From: Octopus sinensis
Taxonomy: Eukaryota
Assembly: GCF_006345805.1 (NCBI RefSeq)
Contig: NC_043000.1
Span: 73,966,001 to 74,030,000, forward strand
Reading direction: 5' to 3'
DNA: 64,000 nt
Part shown: one piece after another, positions 53,772-64,000 of the stretch
Layout of the letters: each line of letters opens with the position of its first letter
How positions within the stretch are numbered: position 1 is the stretch's first letter
The notes under the pieces: model-generated
Database searches by the model: none
Told to the model about the DNA's origin: nothing
What the model saw: only the letters and a program-made list of their open reading frames with translations
Translations under genes and position numbers: made by a program

Positions 53772-54038
53772 TAGCAATTAAGGACAACTACTTAATAAGG
53801 AAAACTTAACAAGAAATTGTCAGGTAGATAGCGTAAAAACCTCATAAGAGAAAAAATTTCGAAAATAATTATTTCTTATTGAACATATTAATTTATATAT
53901 AGAGAGCATTATACATACATGCCAGGAGGCATTCTACATACACGCCATACGCTAAGAGGGACAATCAGTCATTTCTACCAAAAATATTACTAATCCCACC
54001 GAATGCAATTTTTCAAAGAAAGACATTTAAAAATATAT

Positions 54039-56005
54039 AGACCTGTATCACAGTGATTTCATACTTACGTAATCATCAGCAGCCTGAATATACTATAAAT
54101 AAACAACGACCCTGCTTCGCTTAAGCCGATCAGCTAACTGATCAACATCAACGAAGCACATGGGTGGGTTTATATACTATATCCGGATGAATGGCAAACT
54201 TTTACGAATTGCATTTCGGGAGAGGAAAAGTTTTTTCGGAATAAAAATTTAGCAATTAAGGACAACTACTTAATAAGGAAAACTTAACAAGAAATTGTCA
54301 GGTAGATAGCGTAAAAACCTCATAAGAGAAAAAATTTCGAAAATAATTATTTCTTATTGAACATATTAATTTATATATAGAGGGCATTATACATACATGC
54401 CAGGAGGCATTCTACATACACGCCATACGCTAAGAGGGACAATCAGTCATTTCTACCAAAAATATTACTAATCCCACCGAATGCAATTTTTCAAAGAAAG
54501 ACATTTAAAAATATATAGACCTGTATCACAGTGATTTCATACTAACGTAATCATCAGCAGGCCTGAATATACTATAAATAAACAACGACCCTGCTTCGCT
54601 TAAGCCGATCAGCTAACTGATCAACATCAACGAAGCACATGGGTGGGTTTATATATACTATATCCGGATGAATGGCAAACTTTTACGAATTGCATTTCGG
54701 GAGAGGAAAAGTTTTTTCGGAATAAAAATTAGCAATTAAGGACAACTACTTAATAAGGAAAACTTAACAAGAAATTGTCAGGTAGATAGCGTAAAAACCT
54801 CATAAGAGAAAAAATTTCGAAAATAATTATTTCTTATTGAACATATTAATTTATATATAGAGGGCATTATACATACATGCCAGGAGGCATTCTACATACA
54901 CGCCATACGCTAAGAGGGACAATCAGTCATTTCTACCAAAAATATTACTATCCCACCGAATGCAATTTTTCAAAGAAAGACATTTAAAAATATATAGACC
55001 TGTATCACAGTGATTTCATACTTACGTAATCATCAGCAGGCCTGAATATACTATAAATAAACAACGACCCTGCTTCGCTTAAGCCGATCAGCTAACTGAT
55101 CAACATCAACGAAGCACATGGGTGGGTTTATATATACTATATCCGGATGAATGGCAAACTTTTACGAATTGCATTTCGGGAGAGGAAAAGTTTTTTCGGA
55201 ATAAAAATTTAGCAATTAAGGACAACTACTTAATAAGGAAAACTTAACAAGAAATTGTCAGGTAGATAGCGTAAAAACCTCATAAGAGAAAAAATTTCGA
55301 AAATAATTATTTCTTATTGAACATATTAATTTATATATAGAGGGCATTATACATACATGCCAGGAGGCATTCTACATACACGCCATACGCTAAGAGGGAC
55401 AATCAGTCATTTCTACCAAAAATATTACTAATCCCACCGAATGCAATTTTTCAAAGAAAGACATTTAAAAATATATAGACCTGTATCACAGTGATTTCAT
55501 ACTTACGTAATCATCAGCAGGCCTGAATATACTATAAATAAACAACGACCCTGCTTCGCTTAAGCCGATCAGCTAACTGATCAACATCAACGAAGCACAT
55601 GGGTGGGTTTATATATACTATATCCGGATGAATGGCAAACTTTTACGAATTGCATTTCGGGAGAGGAAAAGTTTTTTCGGAATAAAAATTTAGCAATTAA
55701 GGACAACTACTTAATAAGGAAAACTTAACAAGAAATTGTCAGGTAGATAGCGTAAAAACCTCATAAGAGAAAAAATTTCGAAAATAATTATTTCTTATTG
55801 AACATATTAATTTATATATAGAGGGCATTATACATACATGCCAGGAGGCATTCTACATACACGCCATACGCTAAGAGGGACAATCAGTCATTTCTACCAA
55901 AAATATTACTAATCCCACCGAATGCAATTTTTCAAAGAAAGACATTTAAAAATATATAGACCTGTATCACAGTGATTTCATACTTACGTAATCATCAGCA
56001 GGCCT
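54039..56005 (-). ncRNA. Five hammerhead ribozyme copies (54039-54085, 54517-54564, 54996-55043, 55477-55524, 55958-56005)
   Basis: Reverse complement of the motif at 56611-56658. Copies 1 and 2 carry single-base variants. Confidence 0.85.
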
Positions 56006-56610
56006 GAATATACTATAAATAAACAACGACCCTGCTTCGCTTAAGCCGATCAGCTAACTGATCAACATCAACGAAGCACATGGGTGGGTTTATATATACT
56101 ATATCCGGATGAATGGCAAACTTTTACGAATTGCATTTCGGGAGAGGAAAAGTATGAAATCACTGTGATACAGGTCTATATATTTTTAAATGTCTTTCTT
56201 TGAAAAATTGCATTCGGTGGGATTAGTAATATTTTTGGTAGAAATGACTGATTGTCCCTCTTAGCGTATGGCGTGTATGTAGAATGCCTCCTGGCATGTA
56301 TGTATAATGCCCTCTATATATAAATTAATATGTTCAATAAGAAATAATTATTTTCGAAATTTTTTCTCTTATGAGGTTTTTACGCTATCTACCTGACAAT
56401 TTCTTGTTAAGTTTTCCTTATTAAGTAGTTGTCCTTAATTGCTAAATTTTTATTCCGAAAAAACTTTTCCTCTCCCGAAATGCAATTCGTAAAAGTTTGC
56501 CATTCATCCGGATATAGTATATATAAACCCACCCATGTGCTTCGTTGATGTTGATCAGTTAGCTGATCGGCTTAAGCGAAGCAGGGTCGTTGTTTATTTA
56601 TAGTATATTC

Positions 56611-56658
56611 AGGCCTGCTGATGATTACGTAAGTATGAAATCACTGTGATACAGGTCT
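56611..56658 (+). ncRNA. Type I hammerhead ribozyme
   Basis: AGGCCTG-CTGATGA-TTAC GTAA GTAT-GAAA-TCAC T GTGA-TA-CAGGTCT: 7-bp stem I, GNRA-capped stem II, quasi-palindromic stem III, AUA triplet. Confidence 0.88.
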
Positions 56659-57091
56659 ATATATTTTTAAATGTCTTTCTTTGAAAAATTGCATTCGGTG
56701 GGATTAGTAATATTTTTGGTAGAAATGACTGATTGTCCCTCTTAGCGTATGGCGTGTATGTAGAATGCCTCCTGGCATGTATGTATAATGCCCTCTATAT
56801 ATAAATTAATATGTTCAATAAGAAATAATTATTTTCGAAATTTTTTCTCTTATGAGGTTTTTACGCTATCTACCTGACAATTTCTTGTTAAGTTTTCCTT
56901 ATTAAGTAGTTGTCCTTAATTGCTAAATTTTTATTCCGAAAAAACTTTTCCTCTCCCGAAATGCAATTCGTAAAAGTTTGCCATTCATCCGGATATAGTA
57001 TATATAAACCCACCCATGTGCTTCGTTGATGTTGATCAGTTAGCTGATCGGCTTAAGCGAAGCAGGGTCGTTGTTTATTTATAGTATATTC

Positions 57092-57139
57092 AGGCCTGCT
57101 GATGATTACGTAAGTATGAAATCACTGTGATACAGGTCT
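57092..57139 (+). ncRNA. Type I hammerhead ribozyme
   Basis: Identical to 56611-56658. Confidence 0.88.
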
Positions 57140-57572
57140 ATATATTTTTAAATGTCTTTCTTTGAAAAATTGCATTCGGTGGGATTAGTAATATTTTTGG
57201 TAGAAATGACTGATTGTCCCTCTTAGCGTATGGCGTGTATGTAGAATGCCTCCTGGCATGTATGTATAATGCCCTCTATATATAAATTAATATGTTCAAT
57301 AAGAAATAATTATTTTCGAAATTTTTTCTCTTATGAGGTTTTTACGCTATCTACCTGACAATTTCTTGTTAAGTTTTCCTTATTAAGTAGTTGTCCTTAA
57401 TTGCTAAATTTTTATTCCGAAAAAACTTTTCCTCTCCCGAAATGCAATTCGTAAAAGTTTGCCATTCATCCGGATATAGTATATATAAACCCACCCATGT
57501 GCTTCGTTGATGTTGATCAGTTAGCTGATCGGCTTAAGCGAAGCAGGGTCGTTGTTTATTTATAGTATATTC

Positions 57573-57620
57573 AGGCCTGCTGATGATTACGTAAGTATGA
57601 AATCACTGTGATACAGGTCT
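57573..57620 (+). ncRNA. Type I hammerhead ribozyme
   Basis: Identical to 56611-56658. Confidence 0.88.
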
Positions 57621-57767
57621 ATATATTTTTAAATGTCTTTCTTTGAAAAATTGCATTCGGTGGGATTAGTAATATTTTTGGTAGAAATGACTGATTGTCC
57701 CTCTTAGCGTATGGCGTGTATGTAGAATGCCTCCTGGCATGTATGTATAATGCCCTCTATATATAAA

Positions 57768-57834
<67 letters not shown>

Positions 57835-58529
57835 TGTTTATATATATACTGTATATATTATATATATATACTTTATCGCCACGTGTTCCTTGACCTCTCT
57901 CTCTAACTAACCCTATCTCTCTCCCTGTTTCTCTATGTCACCCTCTTCCCATAACCATCATCGCCATATCTCTCTCCCTAGGTTTCTCTATGCCCCCCCC
58001 TTCCATAACCATCATCGCCATATATAAAAGAGCGATCGCATTATCGTTAACCCCACTCGCTTCAAAATATCTAAAGACGAAATACGCACAGATCATGAAT
58101 GGCTAAAGCTAAGTGAATTGTTCAACCTCGCTACGACTACCTTCTATCTTGCACTTATCTTTATTCTTTCACTATTCTTCAATTTCCATCTCATTGTATT
58201 GTTCCTCATTCTTTCAGTATTCCCTCATTACCCTGTCTAGCTCAAACATTTTTTTTTTTTTTTTTTCGTTTAGTCTTGTCTCCCGGTTCACAGCCACTCT
58301 GATTTTTCAAACCCATTTGCTAGCTCCGATTTAACAGAACCTTACTAACCTACGGTGCACCCGCCCTCCCGCCCCCACCACACATGCCGGAAGTTCCTAT
58401 TCTTTGCCATTCCGGGGTTGCTTCCCATGAAGACTGCAAATGCTCTCACCATCCCTACCCCTCCCTACCCCTAGTCTCGACCTATGTAAGGTAATGTTCA
58501 TACAGTGCAAAATATGAAAGGCTAGTGTT

Positions 58530-61500
58530 ATGCAGGTTGTACTGAAGGCTACTTTACTACTTCATTTCTTGCACATGAATTCTGCCAAATGCGAGCTTTC
58601 TTTTCAGGTACACGAAGCTACTGTCCACCGTCCCAGGGTCTCTAGAGCCCATGCCTCCCACACCCTCAGGGTTGGCACCCTCAGCGTTGGCACTCTGAAA
58701 GGTAGGTCTGGTGAGATAGTCGAGATGCTTGAACGGAGATGTGTGCATATATGTTGCATGCAAGAAATAAGGTGGAGAGGAGGATCAGCTAGGTTCCTCA
58801 CAGGCAAGGAACGCAGGTACAAGATTTTCTGGGCAGGGAACACTGACGGGGTTGGTGGCGTGGGTATACTTATCGCTGAGAAATGGGTAGATAAAGTAAT
58901 TGAGGTAATCAGAGTATGTGACAGAATACTTAAGATTAGATTAGTGCTTCATCATAGTTTAGCAACCATTATATCAGCCTATGCTCCTCAGTCGGGGCTA
59001 CCCGATGGACAGAAAGACCGATTCTATGACACTCTACTGCAGACTACCTCGTTGACGAACGACAGAGACCTTATCTTTGTGGCTGGTGACTTCAATGGTC
59101 ACGTTGGACGACATGCTGGGGGCTTCCATGGCGTACATGGAGGCTATGGCTATGGCTCCCGAAACGAGGAGGGAACCAGGCTGCTGGAGTTCTGCGATGC
59201 AAATAATCTTATGATTTGCAACACTAACTTCAGGAAACCTACCAGCCACCTAGTCACTTACCGATCGGGCCAACATACCAGCCAAATTGACTACATCCTT
59301 GCAAGGCAAAGGGAGAGATGGCTGCTTATAAATGCCAAAACCTTCCCAGGGGAAGAATGTACCCCACAACATAGACTGGTAGTTAGTGACTTTAGGATCA
59401 GGACTAGGAGGACAACCAGAAGACGACCAATATGGAGAAGAAGGATCTGGAAGCTTAAAGATCCTGCAAATGGACAGAGATTTAGAGACATATTACTTGA
59501 AGCCTCTGACGAAGTAGAAGGGGATAGAGCATCACAGGGGGTAGAAGACAGCTGGACGTTTCTAAGGGACAACCTGCTGAGAGCCACTGACCAGATCTGT
59601 GGATGGTGCAAAGTCCCCTCTCGACCTAGAATAACGTGGTGGTGGAACAATATTGTAGACAGGGCTATTAGAGAAAAGAGACAGGCTTGGAAGGTCTGGA
59701 AAAATGGGGGTAGCAGGGAATTGTATCAGACTGCCAAAAGAGAAGCTAAGAGACAGGTTTATTTAGCCAGAGGGGAAGCAGATAAGAAAAAATTTGCCAA
59801 TGTTCTGCGCCGTGAGGACCAAAGACTGGAGGTGTTTCGCGTTGCAAGACAGTGTGTGAGAGAGAATCGTGATGTGGTAGGAGAGAAGTGTGTTCGCATG
59901 GAAGATGGTTCACTTGCGCTAAATGAGGATGCAAAGAGAGAGGTTTGGCGATGCCACTATGAAAGTTTGCTGAATAAAGAAAATGAATGGGATAAAGAGA
60001 GTCTGCCGAATGTTGACCCAACAGAGGGACCAGCTATCCGAGTTGATAGTTCCGTGGTAGCTAAGGCAATTAGAAGCATGAAGAGAGGAAAAGACCCAAG
60101 CCCATCAGCAATCACTGCAGAGATGCTCAAAATGTCTGGTAGTGTCGGCTATAGCCTAGTCACCTATATAGTTAATCAGGTGGATACACAAAGGAGCCAT
60201 ACCCAATGACTGGTGTAGCAGCATAATAGTCAACTGCTACAAAGGTAAAGGTGACGCCCTAGATACAAATAACTACAGAGGTATCAAGCTGTTGGATCAG
60301 GTGATGAAGGTTACGGAGAGGGTCATAGCCCAACTAATTAGAGAGAGAGTTAGTTTAGATGAGATGCAGTTTGGGTTTGTGCCAGGGAAAAGTACTACTG
60401 ATGCTATATTCCTGGTAAGGCATCTGCAGGAGAAATACCTAGCCAAAGATAAGTCCCTGTACCTGGCTTTTGTTGACATGGAGAAAGCCTTCGACAGGGT
60501 CCCCCGATCCCTTATCTGGTGGGCAATGAGGAAACTAGGGATAGATGAATGGTTAGTGAGAGCTGTGCAGGCCATGTATAGGGACGCTGCTAGTAGGGTG
60601 AGGGTTGGAAACGAGTACAGTGAAGAATTCCGGGTAGAGGTAGGGGTCCACCAAGGCTCAGTACTCAGCCCCCTCCTATTTATCATAGTCCTCCAGGCAA
60701 TAACGGAGGAATTCAAGACAGGATGCCCTTGGGAGCTCCTCTATGCTGATGACCTTGCTCTAATTGCTGAGTCGCTATCAGAACTGGAGGAGAAGTTTCA
60801 GGTGTGGAAACAAGGATTAGAATCGAAGGGCCTCAGAGTCAATCTAGCTAAAACCAAAGTCGTAATCAGTAGGAAGGTAGACAAATCACAAACGCCTTCA
60901 GGTAGATGGCCCTGCTCGATCTGTAGAAAAGGTGTAGGTAGAAACTCTATAAGATGCACCAAGTGTAAGCTATGGACACATAAGAGGTGCAGCAATGTCA
61001 AAGGAAGGCTAACTAGGAAAATAGTTTTTGTCTGTGGCAGATGCTCAGGAACAATAAACACTGAAAATGCTCTGAGACCAACTTCCGTCACTTTCCAGGG
61101 AGAAAAACTAGAAATAGTTGATAGTTTCCGTTACCTAGGTGACCAAGTCAGCAGCGGGGGCGGGTGTGCTGAAAGTGTAACTGCTAGAGTAAGAATAGCT
61201 TGGGCAAAGTTCAGAGAGCTCTTACCTCTGCTGGTGACAAAAGGCCTCTCGCACAGAGTGAAAAGCAGACTGTATGATGCGTGTGTACGAACAGCCATGC
61301 TACATGGCAGTGAAACTTGGGCCGTGACTGCTGAGGATATGCGTAAGCTCGCAAGAAATGAAGCCAGTATGCTCCGATGGATGTGTAATGTCAGTGTTCA
61401 TAATCGACAGAGTGTAAGTACCTTGAGAGAAAAGCTGGACCTAAGAAGCATCAGTTGTGGTGTGCAAGAGAGACGATTGCGCTGGTATGGTCATGTGGCG

Positions 61501-61698
61501 AGAATGGATGAAGATAGTGGTGTGAAAAAGTCCCACACCCTAGCGGTTGAGGGAACCTGTGGAAGAGGCAGACCCAGGAAAACCTGGGACGAGGTGGTGA
61601 AGCACGACCTTCGAACTTTAGGTCTCACTGAGGAAATGACTAGAGACCGAGTCCTCTGGAAGTGTGCTGTGCGCGAGAAGACCCGGCAGGACAAGTGA
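58530..61698 (+). CDS. RTE ORF: APE endonuclease, RT and PHD-like finger, with one +1 frameshift at ~60182
   Basis: LRVGTLSVGTL, QEIRW, SAYAPQ, GDFNGH, SQIDYIL, QHRLV (APE). QFGF, FVDMEKAFD, GVHQGSVLSP, YADD, FRYLG (RT). CAGGTGGATAC versus CAGGTGATAC in the 4951 copy shows one extra G. Confidence 0.92.
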
Positions 61699-61772
61699 GT
61701 CCATAACCCGTGGCCTTCTACTTGGGATGGAACCAGCCTACGTATGCATACCTTCCCTTCTTGGGACACAAA

Positions 61773-62062
61773 ACTCTACTTGTGAAGACCTGTTGAGGCA
61801 AGTGAGGATCAGAATCGAAATCGATCAATGGAAATTGCAGATGTGTTACCAGTGCCGGTGGCATGTCGATACTCTACTTGTGAAGACCCGTTGAGGCAAG
61901 TGAGGATCAGAATGGAAATCGATCAATGGAAATTGCAGATGTGTTACCAGTGCCGGTGGCATGTCGAAACTCTACTTGTGAAGACCCGTTGAGGCAAGTG
62001 AGGATCAGAATGGAAATCGATCAATGGAAATTGCAGATGTGTTACCAGTGCCGGTGGCATGT
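61773..62062 (+). repeat. 98-bp tandem triplication in the RTE 3' UTR
   Basis: Units start at 61773, 61871 and 61969. Confidence 0.95.
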
Positions 62063-62574
62063 AAGAGAACCTTCCGTTTCGCGACCGTTGCCAGCACCGC
62101 CCCGTTTCGTGTCCGTTGCCAGCCTCGCCTGGCCTTGTGCCGGTGGCACATAAAAAGCACCATCCGTTCGTGGCCGTTTGCCAGCTCTGTCTGGCACCTG
62201 TACGGGTGGCACGTAAAAAGCACCCACTACACTCACGGAGTGGTTGGCGTTAGGAAGGGCATCCAGCCGTAGAAACACTGCCAGATTTGACTGGGCCTGA
62301 TGAAGCCTTCTGGCTTCACAGACCCCAGTAGAACCGTCCAACCCATGCTAGCATGGAAAACGGACGCTAAACGACGATGATGATGATGATGATGTTGTGT
62401 TTGGGAAGAGTAATTTTCTTTCCGTGCCTTATAATTCAACACACTCACCAGTAAAATTTCCACTTATTCCTTATTTTTATTTTCCTAAAATTTTCGTTGC
62501 GTCTTGCGACCTTTTCAATAGTCTTGATTCTGTCCGTTATTTACACTACGTTCCTTTTTGTTTGTTTGTGCACA

Positions 62575-63650
62575 TGTGAGAAATGGATGGATAAGGTTAT
62601 AGAGGTAGTCAGGATATGCAATAGAGTGCTTAAGCTCAGGCTAGTCCTGTAGCGACAATTATCTATCCCTACGCCCCAGAAGCAGACCTACCAAGCAACC
62701 AGACGGACCACTTTTATGATACCCTTCTACAAGCTACCTCAAAGACGAGTGGCAATGACCTCATCTTCATGGCTGAGGATTTTAATAGGCATGCCGGATA
62801 GCAATCTGGTATCTTCCATGGTGTTCACGGGGGCCATGGAATTGATTCCCAAAGTGAAGAGGGATTTAGGCTACTGAGGTCCTGTGATGCATGAAACCTA
62901 TTAATTTGCTCCACTAACTTCAAGAAGCCAGATAGCCACCTGATAACCTATCAATCGGGTGACTCTGCTAGGCAGATTGATTTCATCCTCACCAGACAGC
63001 AGGATACAAAGACCCTCCCTGGAGAAGAATGTACCCCCCTCCCATAGACTAGTTATTTGTGACTTTAGACTCGAGGCCAGAAGCATGGCAATCCAGAAAA
63101 GAAGGACTTGGAAGCTAAAGAACCCTTCATATGGTCAGAGAATTAGGGACATCCTCATTGAGAAATTTGATGAAAGGGAAGAGGAGCTACAGACTTCAGA
63201 CATAGAGAATAACTGGAAATTCCTATGTGACAGCTTACTGAGTGCCACAGACCAAATCTGTGGCTGGTGCAAAGTCCCTTCAAGACCTAGAGTAATGTGG
63301 TGTTGGAATAATACAGTAGACAAGGCCATTAGAGCAAAGAAACAGGTCTGGAAAGCCTGGAAGAATGGGGGTAGCAGGGAATTGTACCAGATAGCCAGAC
63401 GGGAAGCTGGGAGACAGTTATACTCAGCCAAGGGAGAAGCAGAAAAGAAGAAGTTTGCCAATGTTCAGCAATGCGAGGACCAAAGAACTGAATTATTTCG
63501 GATGGGAAGACAGTGTGTAAAAGAAAATTGTGATGTCACAGGAGAGAAATGTGTTTGCATGGATGATGGTGCACTTGCTTTTAATGATTCTGAAGAGAAA
63601 GAGGCTTGGAGAAGCCATTATGAAAGGCTGCTGAATGTGGAGAATTAATT
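62575..63650 (+). mobile_element. Older RTE fragment (APE C-terminal half plus linker)
   Basis: Homologous to 58878-59985 and to 1-610, with stops and deletions. Confidence 0.9.
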
Positions 63651-64000
63651 GGAGGATGATGTTTGTGGGCACCACAAGGAAGAAATAGTAAGCTTACACA
63701 ATATCAACAAAAGGTTAAGAGAGCTTAATGTAGAATGGAAATTTATTTTGTAGCATGTCAGAAAAGCTATTTCAGTGGTCACATCATAGCACATCAGAGT
63801 CGGGCTCATATGAATATTAGAGGCAGTTTTTGCCCAAGAAGAAAAACAGGAGTTTTAATCAGCTAGTGGATAGACAACGAACCACCAACATCGCATCTCC
63901 ATCATGGAATGGCCTCACACCAGCTTCACGCCACTAGCAGTGAATTACACCTGCCCTCAAACTCGATCACATCATGAACAGTCTCTCATTTCCATCCACG

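Larger units (their letters stand above)
53772..57767. repeat. Tandem array of a 478-481-bp hammerhead-containing unit (retrozyme-like): ~5 units in one orientation, then ~3.4 units inverted
   Basis: Unit starts at 53772, 54250, 54730, 55210 and 55691. Inverted units are in register at 56150, 56631, 57112 and 57593. Copies are near-identical, have no ORF of 60 aa or more, and are flanked by (TA)n. Confidence 0.97.
57871..62394 (+). mobile_element. Near-intact full-length RTE-clade LINE
   Basis: Pyrimidine-rich 5' region after (TA)n (boundary approximate), single APE-RT ORF, 3' UTR with tandem repeats, (GAT)n tail. Confidence 0.93.

Noticed and set aside
53576-53800. Array as the pLTR of the adjacent Neptune-like PLE
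   Set aside because: The PLE is heavily decayed while the array copies are near-identical, and a TA tract separates them. Not fully excluded.
53772-57767. Array as CRISPR, rDNA/5S or snRNA cluster
   Set aside because: There are no unique spacers and no recognisable rRNA or snRNA sequence. Whole units repeat.
63650-64000. Unique-looking sequence at the window end as a host exon
   Set aside because: There is no ORF of useful length and no convincing splice pattern or recognisable homology.

Overview
This is eukaryotic, gene-free, repeat-saturated DNA. It is probably cephalopod (Octopus-like), inferred from the tRNA/CORE-type SINEs, the RTE and CR1 LINE mix and the very long (TA)n tracts. No host protein-coding gene, rRNA, true tRNA or CRISPR array is supported. 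The window is a nested stack of mobile elements, most of them bordered by (TA)n microsatellites. LINEs: one near-intact RTE with a PHD-type finger inside its RT plus several RTE fragments, and CR1-group elements whose ORF1 carries a trihelix/Myb-like N-terminus and a CCCH finger. Penelope-like elements (PLEs): at least seven, from about three clades. Others: two SINE families, a Helitron-like element and two TIR elements. The most striking feature is a young non-coding array of a ~480-bp unit at 53772-57767. Each unit carries a type I hammerhead ribozyme (retrozyme-like), and the array flips orientation at a microhomology junction inside the ribozyme. Several more hammerhead motifs and fold-back inversions accompany the PLEs. 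All RNA structures and protein family calls were made by eye and need computational confirmation. There is a 100-N assembly gap at 34650-34749.
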